From contig CAWKHR010000009.1 in NCBI GenBank assembly GCA_963849395.1, forward strand, positions 55,320 through 119,319: a stretch of DNA of 64,000 nucleotides. Direction: 5' to 3'. Numbering within the stretch: position 1 is the stretch's first letter; each line of letters opens with the position of its first letter. The position numbers were made by a program, and so were the translations under genes. This DNA comes from Candidatus Acidiferrales bacterium (GTDB taxonomy: Bacteria; Acidobacteriota; Terriglobia; Acidiferrales; UBA7541). The notes under the pieces are model-generated. The model ran no database searches. It worked only from the letters and a program-made list of their open reading frames with translations, and was not told the origin of the DNA. Below, piece after piece: positions 27,773-38,338 of this stretch.

Positions 27773-28423
27773 CTATGCGAGTTGACGGCGCATCAGCAAT
27801 GCCAAACCAACTAACCCGCAGCCCATCAGCACAAAGGTTCCGGGCTCCGGAACCGCCGTAGTCGAAAACGCGCCGCTATAATCCAGTCCATACGAGCTGC
27901 CCGCTTCCTGATACACGGTAAACGAAATGGTGTTCGCGCCATTGCTGTTCAGATACGGCTGCAATTGCGACAACCCGAAAATGCCTTCGGTCGAACTCAG
28001 GCACCCTATCGGTTGTGACGAACACGTGGGGTAAGACCCGCCAAGATTGGCGTTGAAAATTGTCGTGCCGTTCACAGCTACCGACGTCGTGTCGTCCGCA
28101 AACACATCCAGCGTCGCGCCGGTAAGCGCTCCACTCAAATTGAATGTGTCGGTGAACGTGACGCCGGTGCCATTTGGCACTGTGTAAAAACCTGGATTCG
28201 ACGTGCTGCCGGTGTTCGCAAACGAAATCCAATTGCTGCCCGCGAGCGGCGAGGACCAGGCGGAATTCGGCGCGATGACTTGTGTAGCACCAGCGTTGGG
28301 AATTCCTAAGGTGGAGGAGTTATTGGTGGTGGCAGCAGAGCTGCCAATTGTTGTGAGCGTGTCTGCTTTCGCGATCAGAAAACAACCACTGATCGCTAAA
28401 ATGCATGCCAATTTTTTGAACAT
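27773..28423 (-). CDS. PEP-CTERM sorting-domain secreted protein
   Basis: Signal peptide MFKKLACILAISGCFLIAKA; C-terminus ..VPEPGTFVLMGCGLVGLALLMRRQLA (PEP motif + TM + basic tail). Confidence 0.85.
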   Translation of the reverse strand: MFKKLACILAISGCFLIAKADTLTTIGSSAATTNNSSTLGIPNAGATQVIAPNSAWSSPLAGSNWISFANTGSTSNPGFYTVPNGTGVTFTDTFNLSGALTGATLDVFADDTTSVAVNGTTIFNANLGGSYPTCSSQPIGCLSSTEGIFGLSQLQPYLNSNGANTISFTVYQEAGSSYGLDYSGAFSTTAVPEPGTFVLMGCGLVGLALLMRRQLA

Positions 28424-28741
28424 TTACACTCTTTCCATGAAGTAGATGCATTCGGCCACAAGAGGAGCGGATGCGACCCTGCGGGGGATCGTAAATAGAA
28501 CTGCAGCTACAGTACCAAAGCGAAACTCAATTACTGCCTTGCAATGCGCTGATAATACCCGACTTATCTAACCACACGCCGCGCTCTTCGATATCGTCGT
28601 CAAAGCACGGGAAAAGTTTTTCAGATTCGCGGAAAACCGCCATATGATAGCCGTCACGTACCCGTGTGATTATCACTCACGTAACTTCATTTTTTACCAG
28701 CACTCCGCGCAGACTCTACGCCAACTTTTCGACCTGTCGCG

Positions 28742-29524
28742 TTACCGATGCTGCAGCCGCAAACTTTTCCAACTCGCGTCCGTGGTCCAGCCTCCATCCA
28801 CCGTAAGCGCGTGTCCATTCACGAACGCCGACTGCTGCTCATCCGCCAGAAACGCAATCGCATTGGCAACATCTTCCGGACGCGCAAACCGTGCCATCGG
28901 CACTCGCTCGATAATGTCCTGATCGGTGTAATTGCCGCCGGCCTGATCGGCGATATCCATTTCCGTTTTCACCCAGCCGGGGCATACCGCATTCACGCGA
29001 ATACCGTGCCCGCCCCATTCTGCAGCAAGCGTGCGCGTCAACCCGATCAATCCATGTTTCGAAGCGTTATACGCCGAGCGATCCGCCACCGCCGCAAGCC
29101 CGGCAATCGAGGCCACATTCACAATGCTTCCCCGCCGCTGCTGCAACATTATTTTCCCAAACGCCTTGCACAACAGAAACGGTGCCACCAGATTCACTTC
29201 CAGCACCCGCCGAAAATCCGCCGCCGACACAGATTCTGCGGGAGCAATAAAACTTATCCCCGCATTATTCACTAGCACATCGACCCGAGCATGCTCCGCC
29301 ACCACTTCCCCCGCAAAACGCGCCACAAACGCCTCATCCGAAATGTCGCCGCGATGCTCCGACGCCGCAACCCCCAGCGACACCGCCTTGCGGCACACAT
29401 CCACGCACGAACCCAGATCGTTCAGCGCCAGCGAGTAGCCAAGCTTGGCCAAAGTCAACGCGGTTTGCCGCCCAATTCCCTGCGCGGCCCCGGTGATAAT
29501 CGCAACGCGGCGTTCCTCAATCAT
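28742..29524 (-). CDS. SDR family oxidoreductase (3-oxoacyl-ACP reductase-like)
   Basis: VAIITGAAQGIG (TGxxxGIG), NNAGI, YNASKHGLIGLTR (YxxxK). Confidence 0.9.
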   Translation of the reverse strand: MIEERRVAIITGAAQGIGRQTALTLAKLGYSLALNDLGSCVDVCRKAVSLGVAASEHRGDISDEAFVARFAGEVVAEHARVDVLVNNAGISFIAPAESVSAADFRRVLEVNLVAPFLLCKAFGKIMLQQRRGSIVNVASIAGLAAVADRSAYNASKHGLIGLTRTLAAEWGGHGIRVNAVCPGWVKTEMDIADQAGGNYTDQDIIERVPMARFARPEDVANAIAFLADEQQSAFVNGHALTVDGGWTTDASWKSLRLQHR

Positions 29525-29671
29525 AGTTAGTCCTTTATCCTGCCTACCAACAAGTACTAGGGTCCGGGTAGCGTACCACTGGATTTTACTTTACGGAGTG
29601 CTATACTCCGCCCGAAACGCTGCAATTCGCCTTAGGGGGGTGGGTTGTGGTCTTCGGTTCCGGAGGGTCCT

Positions 29672-29965
29672 ATGGAAAATTTGGAATCTCTGCTAACGGG
29701 GCCAACGATGTGGCTACTGATTACCTGGGGAGCGGTAACCGCCATCTTTCTGGTCCTGGTAGCATGGCGCAGTCTGCTTTCCAGTCACGAAGACGATCAA
29801 ATATTTCTGGATGCGGCAGGGGAGCACATGGCCCGGGAGCAAAGAGAATTGGTCGCCAAGATCAATAAACTTTCGCGCCCGATCCTCACCAGTGGCATTA
29901 CATCTGGTGTGCTATTGCTCTTGATTGCCGGCATCTTTGTCTATCAAGGCCTGAAGAACTTCTAG
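29672..29965 (+). CDS. small membrane protein (97 aa)
   Basis: ATG 29672 after ggaggg; two TM helices flanking a charged helix (MWLLITWGAVTAIFLVLVAW .. SGVLLLLIAGIFVY). Confidence 0.5.
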   Translation: MENLESLLTGPTMWLLITWGAVTAIFLVLVAWRSLLSSHEDDQIFLDAAGEHMAREQRELVAKINKLSRPILTSGITSGVLLLLIAGIFVYQGLKNF

Positions 29966-30000
29966 TCAGGCGCAGTTGACCGCGAAGCTTCCCCAGCTCT

Positions 30001-30630
30001 TCACGGCTTCGCTGCAGGTGCAGGTGTAGACGGTGCAATAGCGCCGGGAGCCCCCGGCTGCGAGGCCTGTACGAGAGACGTGTGGTTATGGACGATGACC
30101 CAGTTGTTGTCCGAACGTTTCTCCAGCACCAACGTCGTTTGCCCCTGCGCCGAGTTTGGATTTCCATCTACAATTGCCGCGAAGTCCCACTGATAACAGG
30201 CCCACGCCACATTTCCCGAAGGCGCCACGCGGATCAGTGTGTTCAAGCGATCCAGGCGCACCTGCTGTGCGCGCGCTCGTTGCTGCTGGTAGCCGAGCAG
30301 ATAATTTGACCAGCCAATTACTGGCGGAGCCCACAACCCGTTCACCACGCTCACGTCGTCGGAATAAGCCTTGTGAAGTTTTTCGACGTCGCCGACCTGC
30401 CACGCTCCCAGCATTTCGCTAATCATGTAGTCGATTTTCTGCTCGTCGGGAATGTTTGCCGTCGGCGACGGCTGAGGCGGGGTGTCATCCTTTTTCTTTT
30501 TCTTCTGCGCCGAGGCGGTGCTCGCCAGTGCCAGCGCGAAAAGCACGGCCAGGAAAATGGCCAAGCTGCGATGCGCCGTCAGGCGAAGTGAACTATGAGT
30601 GGCTCGGACTGCGTGGGTCTTACAGTTCAT
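30001..30630 (-). CDS. secreted SnoaL-like/NTF2-fold (DUF4440-like) protein
   Basis: Signal peptide, KKKKK linker, then ..MLGAWQVGDVEKLHKAYSDDVSVV..GNVAWACYQWDF..LVLEKRSDNNWVIVHNH pattern typical of the NTF2-like fold. Confidence 0.6.
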   Translation of the reverse strand: MNCKTHAVRATHSSLRLTAHRSLAIFLAVLFALALASTASAQKKKKKDDTPPQPSPTANIPDEQKIDYMISEMLGAWQVGDVEKLHKAYSDDVSVVNGLWAPPVIGWSNYLLGYQQQRARAQQVRLDRLNTLIRVAPSGNVAWACYQWDFAAIVDGNPNSAQGQTTLVLEKRSDNNWVIVHNHTSLVQASQPGAPGAIAPSTPAPAAKP

Positions 30631-30821
30631 GCTCGAATAACTCCTGCGGATTTGTGGCGCCCATAAAATTACATAGCTGAGTTGAGGCGCGACCTGCTGA
30701 TTTCAAAGACCTGATGAGCATAACGCAATGCAGCGCAGCACGCGGCCAAGTGTGCCTAGTTGTTTAGTGTCCCGCGACTCTCCAAGATGCTTGCGCACCG
30801 TGGACGCCACCTTCGCCCGAG

Positions 30822-30883
30822 CTGTCATCTCGACCGGAGAGCCAGCGCAGTATGCTGGCTCGTAGCGGAGAGATCGTGGCAAC
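30822..30883 (+). repeat. REP-B element (variant with compensatory arm change)
   Basis: ctgtcatcTcgaccggaga GCCAGCgcagtatGCTGGC tcgtagcggagAgatcgtggcaac. Confidence 0.75.
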
Positions 30884-30920
30884 TACTAATCTCCCAGCAC
30901 CCAACCCAGGAACAACCCCA

Positions 30921-33431
30921 CTACTTCACTTTCGACGCACTAATCAAATTCACGAACAACCGGTACGCCCCCGGCACTCCCTCCGGCAACTCCCGGAAAA
31001 ACGCCAGCCCCGTATAAATATAAGTTCCTTTCCCGTACTGCGCATACACCAGCCCGCCATTCAAATCCTTTTCACCCGGATCATGCATCGCCAGCAGCGG
31101 CGTGTACTTCGAATCGAACTCGCTCCAGAAATACAGCCCGCGCTCCTGAATCCAATTTTGGAAATCCGCCGCCGTGACTTTGTTGGGCTTGTTCAGCAGC
31201 GGATCATCCGGCTTGAGAAATGTTACCGCGGCGTTTTCGTCGGTGATGCGCGGCGTGGGCGTGCCGATCTTCGCCGCATACGGCGCAGGCTGCAGCTTGT
31301 CCCACACGTTATCGCGATTGTATTGCACCACCAGTGTGCCGCCATTCTGAACGTAATCGAGCAGCCGTCTGTTGGCGCCGGGCAGCTCCGGGCGAAGTTC
31401 ATAAGCACGCACGCCCACCACGATCGCGTCGTATTTGGAAAAATTGCCAAACGCCAGTTCCTTGGCGTCGATCAGTTCCACATCAACGCCCAGTCGCCGC
31501 AGCGCGTCCGGAATGGGCTCGCCCTCGGCAGAGATGTACCCGACCTGAAGATTCGCAGGCACATTGATGTCGAATGCGTGCACCACGGTTTGCGCCGGCT
31601 CCGACCACAACAGCGTCGGCATGGACGGAAGCGGCTCCAGCGAAGTCGCGAATCTCTCGTTGCCGCGCTTGGCATAAGCGCTAACGGTGAAATTTCCTGC
31701 CTCGAGCTTGGTCGGCGGAGTCACCGTGAATTTGGCATATTGATCGCCGATTCCCTCGAAGCTCAGCTCCACCGGCGCAGTGGCTGTCAGCCCATCCGGA
31801 ACGTCGAGACCCACCGAAATTTTCGCGGGCTTCGCCGAATAGGAATGAACCCGCAGATACACGTCGAACGGCTTGTGCGCCGCGTTGAGCACCTCAATAA
31901 ATTGCACCGGATCGGTAGAAAGCGAATAGGCCGGAACGATGCGCACCGGAACTCGCGTGACCGTAGTCGACGTCGAAGCCGTGTTGGTCACCGGCACAAC
32001 GCGATACAGCGTGTAGTCCCCAAGCGCGATTTCCTGATTGATCGAGAGCACCGGCGGCGGTTCCGCGCGAAGCTGATCGATCACCGACAAGCTCCGCTGC
32101 TCTTTACCGAGCGCCACGGTCCATTTCACATCGCCCGATTTCTCAGCACTCTTTTTCGCGGTATCAATGGCGTAAAAACTGTTGAGATCAGACTTTTCGA
32201 ACTGACAATGAATCTGTTGACGGCAACGGCTGTGCAGCGCCACCGAGAATTCATCAGCCACCGGGAAATCGGCGCGGTCGGCGTCGGCAATCAATTCGAT
32301 ACCCGCAGCCAACGTGAGCGCGCGATCCACTTTTTGTTTTTCGCGATGTAGCAAATCGAGCTGCGCCGCAAGCGCGGCTGGAATCGGCGAAGGGATCGAA
32401 AGCAACAGAGCTTTGTCCACGCCTTTGTCCGCCGAGATCAGTGACGCAACCGCTGCGGGCCAATCGAGATTCAGTGCCGCCCGGCTTGCCCCTTCCAGAT
32501 CCTTGTCAACCGCCTTCAATTGCTCGTCGCACCCGCAGGGCCCCTTCTTCGCCGCCACACTGGCCAGGCTCTCCGCCAGAGAAGCGGGGTTCAGCTCTTT
32601 GCCATCTTCGCGAAACAGCCCGACAGAACGCCGCAGAAACGCGGAATTCAGAAATCCCAAGATGCCTTGCGTGCGGTGATTGCTGAACGCGTCGATGCCA
32701 ATTTCCCGCCACGTTTTACCCCACAGTGGCGACACTTCGTCCAGCGGCAGCACGTAGCCTTTCGGCGCATCGGAACGATCCAGGTCGAGAACTGGGATGC
32801 CCTCGTCTCCCCCATTCCACGGGCGCAAATTTTCCTGCAACAATTCCGGATAAGCCTTTTCATCGCCGGCCAGCTGCACGGCCTTCGGAGTCCACAGTCC
32901 TTCGGTCTGATGATGCCCGTGGCCGGTGTGCACACCACCAAAATGGTTGATAACAATGTTCGGGCGGAAATCGCGGATCACCCGGACCATATCTTCGAGC
33001 ACCTGATCGCCCCAGATTTTTTGCGTTTCTTCGGGAGTTTTCGAGAAGCCAAAATCCCGCGCGCGCGTGAAGTACAGTTTCACCCCATAGCCCCGCGTCG
33101 CAGCCAGCAATTCCTGCGTGCGAATCAGGCCGAGCTGCGGCGCTTGTTCCGGGCCCAGGGCGTTTTGCCCACCTTCCCCGCGCGTCAACGAGAGCAGCGC
33201 AACTTCGGCGTGCAGTCCGCGGGCCAGATATGTAAGCACGGCGGCGGATTCGTCGTCCGGATGCGCGGTGATGTACAGGATGCGCGTGGTGACGCGGGCG
33301 CTGTCGATCGCCTCGATCGTTTCCGGCAGGCCGGGGCCAGTGCCAGGCGCAGGCGGAAATTGCGCGCGTGTGAACGGCGCAAGCGACAGGATCAAAAATA
33401 GGAACAGCCAAATGGCAGAAAGACGATGCAT
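30921..33431 (-). CDS. PIG-L/LmbE family deacetylase domain protein, large secreted (836 aa)
   Basis: Signal peptide MHRLSAIWLFLFLILSLAPFTRAQ; ILYITAHPDDESAAVLTYL (PIG-L AHPDDE motif); long C-terminal extension. Confidence 0.8.
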   Translation of the reverse strand: MHRLSAIWLFLFLILSLAPFTRAQFPPAPGTGPGLPETIEAIDSARVTTRILYITAHPDDESAAVLTYLARGLHAEVALLSLTRGEGGQNALGPEQAPQLGLIRTQELLAATRGYGVKLYFTRARDFGFSKTPEETQKIWGDQVLEDMVRVIRDFRPNIVINHFGGVHTGHGHHQTEGLWTPKAVQLAGDEKAYPELLQENLRPWNGGDEGIPVLDLDRSDAPKGYVLPLDEVSPLWGKTWREIGIDAFSNHRTQGILGFLNSAFLRRSVGLFREDGKELNPASLAESLASVAAKKGPCGCDEQLKAVDKDLEGASRAALNLDWPAAVASLISADKGVDKALLLSIPSPIPAALAAQLDLLHREKQKVDRALTLAAGIELIADADRADFPVADEFSVALHSRCRQQIHCQFEKSDLNSFYAIDTAKKSAEKSGDVKWTVALGKEQRSLSVIDQLRAEPPPVLSINQEIALGDYTLYRVVPVTNTASTSTTVTRVPVRIVPAYSLSTDPVQFIEVLNAAHKPFDVYLRVHSYSAKPAKISVGLDVPDGLTATAPVELSFEGIGDQYAKFTVTPPTKLEAGNFTVSAYAKRGNERFATSLEPLPSMPTLLWSEPAQTVVHAFDINVPANLQVGYISAEGEPIPDALRRLGVDVELIDAKELAFGNFSKYDAIVVGVRAYELRPELPGANRRLLDYVQNGGTLVVQYNRDNVWDKLQPAPYAAKIGTPTPRITDENAAVTFLKPDDPLLNKPNKVTAADFQNWIQERGLYFWSEFDSKYTPLLAMHDPGEKDLNGGLVYAQYGKGTYIYTGLAFFRELPEGVPGAYRLFVNLISASKVK

Positions 33432-33564
33432 CGATTCTCCGGGCGACCTCGTTGAACCACGTCCCGAGGCGGAGTTGACAGTATGCCGGAGGTCGGCAAA
33501 ATTTGCAGAAAATCGGAAAGAAAAAGATTTAACGCAGAGGACACGGAGGTAAGAGAAGAGAAGG

Positions 33565-34986
33565 TCACGGAGCCGTGTTGCTAGCCACCGCCGATTCGGG
33601 CTCCGCCGGCCCGAACGGCCAATGGTGCATTACTGCCGACCAGATCAGAAACGCCGTCACGCCCAGCGCGATTTCCAGCAATCCCCACTTCCGCGCCGCG
33701 CCCGTCTGCCAGAAAAGCCACGCCCATCCAGCGATGGTCAGCACCGCGGGGATAGGATAGAACCACATGCGAAACGGAAATTTGTCTGCTGTCCACCGCC
33801 GGTGCAGCAGCAGCAACCCAAAAGTCTGCCCAATGAATTGCACCAGCAGCCGCATCGCCAGAATCCCAGCAATCGCCGTCTCCAGTTTCAATACAATGCT
33901 GAACAGAAACGCCAGCGACCCCAGAATCAGCAGCGAGACATACGGAAAATGTTTTGTGGGATGCACCTTGGCAAAAATCGGAAAGAAGTTGCCATCCAGC
34001 GCCGCGGAATACGGTACCCGCGAGTAGCCCAGCAGCAAGGAAAATACCGATGCCAGCGCGATCCACAAAACCATCCAGGTAACAAAATGCGCCGCTCCCG
34101 TGCCGTACAGCTTCTCCACAAACAGGCTGGCGATAAACGGCGAATTCTGCGCTTCCCGCCACGGCACCACCCCCAGCAAACTGGTCTGCATCGCTAGATA
34201 TAAAACGGTGATGCCCAGGATCGAAAGAAAAATCCCCCGCGGAATGTTTTTCTGTGGCTCGCGAATTTCGCCGCCCAGATGACAGATGTTGTAGTACCCC
34301 CAATAGCTGTAAACCGTATTAACCATCGCCGCGCCCAGCCCCGCAAACCACAGCGACGAAAAATGAAACGCGTTAGGAGGAAAATCGAACGCCAGCTTGG
34401 CATCGAAGTGGCGAATCCCGCCCCAAATCAGCCACAGCATCGTGCCCACCACGCCCACCCACAGCAGCACAGAAATTTTCCCGATGGTCTGGATGCGGCG
34501 ATACAAAAGGACGACCAGCAGCACCACCAGTCCGCCGGAAATCGCTTTGGCTTCAATCGTCGACAACGGCCGCAAATATCCCGCGTAGCGCGCAAATCCA
34601 ATCGACGCCGACGCCACAGAAAGCGGCGCCTGCACAAATGTCTGCCACACGAACAGGAACGACATCAGCCGTCCCCAGCGCCCCGGCCCATACGCCTCGC
34701 GCAGAAAAACGTAGGTGCCACCCGCCTTCGGCATCGCCGCGCCCAACTCCGACCACACAAATCCGTCCAACGTGGCCAGCAGCGCGCCAGCCAGCCAGGC
34801 AATCAGCGCCTGCGGTCCGCCCATGGCCTTGATCACCAGCGAACTGACCACGAACGGCCCGATCCCCACGATCTCAATCATGTTCAGCGCGACCGCTTCT
34901 TTCAGCCCAAGCCCCCGTTCCAGTTGCGGCTCGGCTGTGGCGTGAGAAAGTTCGGTGCTCGTGAGATGGACCGGCGGCGTTGGCAT
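33565..34986 (-). CDS. APC-superfamily amino acid permease
   Basis: About 12 TM helices; ..LKEAVALNMIEIVGIGPFV..GALLATLDGFVWSELGAAMPKAGG..; start taken at ATG 34986 (ORF track extends to 35094). Confidence 0.8.
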   Translation of the reverse strand: MPTPPVHLTSTELSHATAEPQLERGLGLKEAVALNMIEIVGIGPFVVSSLVIKAMGGPQALIAWLAGALLATLDGFVWSELGAAMPKAGGTYVFLREAYGPGRWGRLMSFLFVWQTFVQAPLSVASASIGFARYAGYLRPLSTIEAKAISGGLVVLLVVLLYRRIQTIGKISVLLWVGVVGTMLWLIWGGIRHFDAKLAFDFPPNAFHFSSLWFAGLGAAMVNTVYSYWGYYNICHLGGEIREPQKNIPRGIFLSILGITVLYLAMQTSLLGVVPWREAQNSPFIASLFVEKLYGTGAAHFVTWMVLWIALASVFSLLLGYSRVPYSAALDGNFFPIFAKVHPTKHFPYVSLLILGSLAFLFSIVLKLETAIAGILAMRLLVQFIGQTFGLLLLHRRWTADKFPFRMWFYPIPAVLTIAGWAWLFWQTGAARKWGLLEIALGVTAFLIWSAVMHHWPFGPAEPESAVASNTAP

Positions 34987-35301
34987 GCGCAGCGAGGATA
35001 GCAAATGCAGATTGCTCTGCCCAATGATGCTCGCCGCGGCGGTTACAAGACCGAAGCTACTGAAGTTGCTTAGCGCACGTGCGACTTGAGGCACAGCCGC
35101 GGCCGGCCCTACCCCGAGGGCGGCCTAAGGCATATAATCAAGCCAGGCCCGCGGAACATCCTCTCTAACGCAGGCGTGGCGGCAACCCTCTTGAGACGCG
35201 CAAGCAAACGTCTCGCCGCTAGAGTTTCCCTTTTCCAGAAAGAAGTCGCCGAGACACGCGCGTTCGCACCTACGCGCCGCGCCGCATCGCGACCTAACCA
35301 T

Positions 35302-36867
35302 ATGGCAACTCAAAATCGAGCCACGGATTTTCCTGGCGACTCCAACTTCACCAGTGCCTTACCGCCGACGTCGACGCCAGCAACGACGCCAACGCCAGCC
35401 GCGCTTCAGGAAAAAATTGCCACGCTGGAAATGGTCACCAGGACCCTCAACACATTTCTCGAGAGCGGCAACTGTATCGAGGCCAGCAAACATCTGCTCT
35501 CGTTTGCCCTTCGTCAGACGCAAAGCACCGCCGGCTTTTTGGGCGTAGTCCTCGAAGGCCCAGTGCTGCGCGTGCTGGTGCACGAGGGCGCGCTGCTATT
35601 TAGCCATCGCGACGAATCCGACGACTCCAACAACCACGCACCGGTGCAGCAGCTAGCCCGGCAACCATTTTTTGAAGTTCCACTCGGCTCTAATCTACTG
35701 GGTGAAGTGATTGCCCAGCGCAGGGCCCTGATCACCAACGATATCCAAATCCACCGGCTCCCCTCCGGCCATCCGCAGGTCCTGCACCTGCTCGGCGTAC
35801 CGATTTGTAAAGGATCAGAAACCGTGGCGGTCTTAGCGGTAGCAAATCGCCAAGGCGGCTACACCGCAGCGCAATTGCGCTCCCTCGAAACCGCCTGCCA
35901 AGCCACCGGCCTGCTTTACGACAATTACCGGCAAAGCGTGCAGCGCGCCCAACTCGAAGAACAACAAGCCCGCCTCGAAACCGAATTTCGCCAATCGCAA
36001 AAAATGGAAATGCTCGGCCAACTCGCCGGCGGCATCGCTCACGATTTCAACAACAGCTTGATGGTCCTTTCCGGCTCAGCCGATCTGCTCGAACGCACTT
36101 TACCCGCGAACTCTTCCGCCGGCCCATATCTCGACCAAATCCGCCGCACCACGGAAAAAGCCGCCATGGTCACTAAGCAATTGCTGGCCTTCAGTCGCAA
36201 GCAAGTGCTCGACGTCAAGCCCATCGATGTCCACGAAGTGCTCAGCGATTGCGAGTTCATGTTGCCACGCTTGCTGGGCTCCGATGTTGAGCTGGCCTTC
36301 CAACCCGAAGCACGCAGTTCCTGGATTTGCGCCGACGCGGCGCAGTTCGAACAAGTTGTCGTGAACCTCGCCGTCAATGCGCGCGATGCTATGCCCATGG
36401 GCGGACCACTCAGCATTCGTACCTGGAACGAAGAACGCTTGCCCGGCCCCGTCGAGTGGTCCTTCGGCGCTTCTGAAAGCGCCACCTGGATTGTCCTGGA
36501 AGTGAAAGACGCGGGCACTGGCATGGACGAACAGACCCGCGCGCACATCTTCGAACCCTTCTTCACCACCAAGCCCGTCGGCAAAGGCACCGGCCTGGGC
36601 CTCTCCACCGTCTACGGCATCGTCACCCAATTTGGCGGGAAAATTGAAGTCCACTCCGAACTGAATGTTGGCACCCGTTTCCTGATCAGTTTTCCCGCAG
36701 CAAATTCCCTGATGAACAAAAGGTTTGCCGCGCCACGCACCCCGGAATCGGCATTTACTGCCGTGCCTAGCGAACGACTCACCATCCTGCTGGTCGACGA
36801 CGAGCCGGCACTCTGCCAAGCCATCGCAGAATGTTTACGCGAAGCCGGTCATTGCGTCTTGGATTAG
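35302..36867 (+). CDS. GAF-domain sensor histidine kinase, ends at an in-frame TAG inside its own receiver domain
   Basis: GAF-like region, HisKA ([17 protein letters not shown]), HATPase ([31 protein letters not shown]), then REC start [29 protein letters not shown] followed by TAG 36865-36867. Confidence 0.85.
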   Translation: MATQNRATDFPGDSNFTSALPPTSTPATTPTPAALQEKIATLEMVTRTLNTFLESGNCIEASKHLLSFALRQTQSTAGFLGVVLEGPVLRVLVHEGALLFSHRDESDDSNNHAPVQQLARQPFFEVPLGSNLLGEVIAQRRALITNDIQIHRLPSGHPQVLHLLGVPICKGSETVAVLAVANRQGGYTAAQLRSLETACQATGLLYDNYRQSVQRAQLEEQQARLETEFRQSQKMEMLGQLAGGIAHDFNNSLMVLSGSADLLERTLPANSSAGPYLDQIRRTTEKAAMVTKQLLAFSRKQVLDVKPIDVHEVLSDCEFMLPRLLGSDVELAFQPEARSSWICADAAQFEQVVVNLAVNARDAMPMGGPLSIRTWNEERLPGPVEWSFGASESATWIVLEVKDAGTGMDEQTRAHIFEPFFTTKPVGKGTGLGLSTVYGIVTQFGGKIEVHSELNVGTRFLISFPAANSLMNKRFAAPRTPESAFTAVPSERLTILLVDDEPALCQAIAECLREAGHCVLD

Positions 36868-37146
36868 CAAAATCCCTACGATGCCCTGGAACTCGCCCGC
36901 TATCCAGGACGGACCATCGACCTGCTTCTCACCGACATCGTCATGCCCGGCCTACGCGGCACGGAACTGGCCCAACAGGTACGCGCCTTACAGCCTGGCA
37001 TTCAGTTGATTTATATGTCAGGCTATGCCGAAGGCCTGGCCGACCTGGCGATTCCCGCAGGCGCCGTTTTCCTGCAAAAACCATTCCGATTTGCATCTCT
37101 TCTGGAACAGATTACACTCGTCAAACGCAGCGGCACGAAGACTTAA
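36868..37146 (+). other. remainder of the receiver domain, in frame after the TAG
   Basis: QNPYDALELARYPGRTIDLLLTDIVMPGLRGTELAQQVRALQPGIQLIYMSGYAEG..VFLQKPF; same frame as the kinase (36943-36865 = 78). Confidence 0.8.
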
Positions 37147-37162
37147 TATTATTGTTGGTGAC

Positions 37163-38125
37163 ATGCGACGTATTTTTTTGACGATGCTGGCCTTGGCGAT
37201 TCTTGTCTCGGCCGCACATTCCGCTCCAGCCGCTGCTGCCAGCAAACTCACTCTGCCCGCCAATACGTCCACAATTCTCAATCACATTTATTCCGGCCGC
37301 ACCGACCTGGCCATCCCGGAAGCGCGTCTTCTTCAGCAGCAAAATCCCAATGATCCACTTGGCTACATTCTCGAAGCGGAAGCCCGCTGGTGGAAAATCT
37401 GGTGGGGCAGCGCCGAATTTAAATATGGAATGAGCATGGCGCGCCATCGCGAAAAAATGGCCGCGGATCAGCCCTACCTGGAACTAGCGTCAAAAGCCTA
37501 CGTCGTGGCCACCACCAACCTCGCTCAGCAGGAAAGCGCCGAAATGCGCTTGTACGCCGGAATGGCCGATGCCCTGGCAGCTCGCCTCTACGGCCTGCGC
37601 GGTGAAGGTCGCAACACCGCGAAGGTTGGCGTGCGCGCCCGCGAAAATCTGCAACGCGTCATCGCGCTCGACCCGCAGCTAGCCGACGCCGACTTCGGCC
37701 TGGGCCTCTACAACTATTATGTCGACACCCTCTCGGCCATGGCTCGCATGCTGCGCTTCATGATGGGCATTCCCGGCGGCTCGAAAGAACAAGGCATCCG
37801 CCAGCTCCACGTCGCCATCGCCGATGGCCAACTTACGCCCGCAGTAGCGCGCTATTACCTGGCCATCAATCTGCACAATTTTGATCAACGCTACGAAGAT
37901 GCCCTGCTCCTCATTACTCCCCTCGTCGAACAGTATCCCGACAATCCAATCTTCCGCCTGGCGCAAGGTGACCTCTACGCAAAGCTGGGCCGCAAACAAT
38001 TGGCCTTGGCCGCTTACCATGCCGCCGCCGACTCGAAAATGAACGACGACGAGTCCCGCAACAAACTAGCCAAACTGGTGCAATCCTCCATGGCTGCCAT
38101 CGGCGGTCCAGAAGCCTCCAAGTGA
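37163..38125 (+). CDS. secreted TPR-like helical-repeat protein
   Basis: ATG 37163, signal MRRIFLTMLALAILVSAAHSAPA; helical repeats (..ARYYLAINLHNFDQRYEDALLLITPLVEQYPDNPIFRLAQGDLYAKLGRKQLALAAY..). Confidence 0.6.
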   Translation: MRRIFLTMLALAILVSAAHSAPAAAASKLTLPANTSTILNHIYSGRTDLAIPEARLLQQQNPNDPLGYILEAEARWWKIWWGSAEFKYGMSMARHREKMAADQPYLELASKAYVVATTNLAQQESAEMRLYAGMADALAARLYGLRGEGRNTAKVGVRARENLQRVIALDPQLADADFGLGLYNYYVDTLSAMARMLRFMMGIPGGSKEQGIRQLHVAIADGQLTPAVARYYLAINLHNFDQRYEDALLLITPLVEQYPDNPIFRLAQGDLYAKLGRKQLALAAYHAAADSKMNDDESRNKLAKLVQSSMAAIGGPEASK

Positions 38126-38338
38126 CGCTTGGCCTTTCGCGCACAGCTAAGGGATAATAGGGCAGGCTGGGTTCGTGAGCGTGCAGTTGAGGGGACTTGC
38201 GCCAGGCGCGGGTCAACGCGTGAAGCGGTTCTTGCATCTCAACCCAATCAGATGCGCCACTAGGTTCATTTCTGCTTCTGTTTCCATCCTGGATCCAGAG
38301 CGGCGCGGCGTGCTTTGTTCACTCTTGAAGGAGAACTA

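Noticed and set aside
30852-32351. 499-aa ORF on the + strand
   Set aside because: It is antisense to the well-supported PIG-L deacetylase gene (30921..33431). The Arg/His/Gln-rich, low-diversity composition is typical of shadow ORFs in high-G+C DNA.
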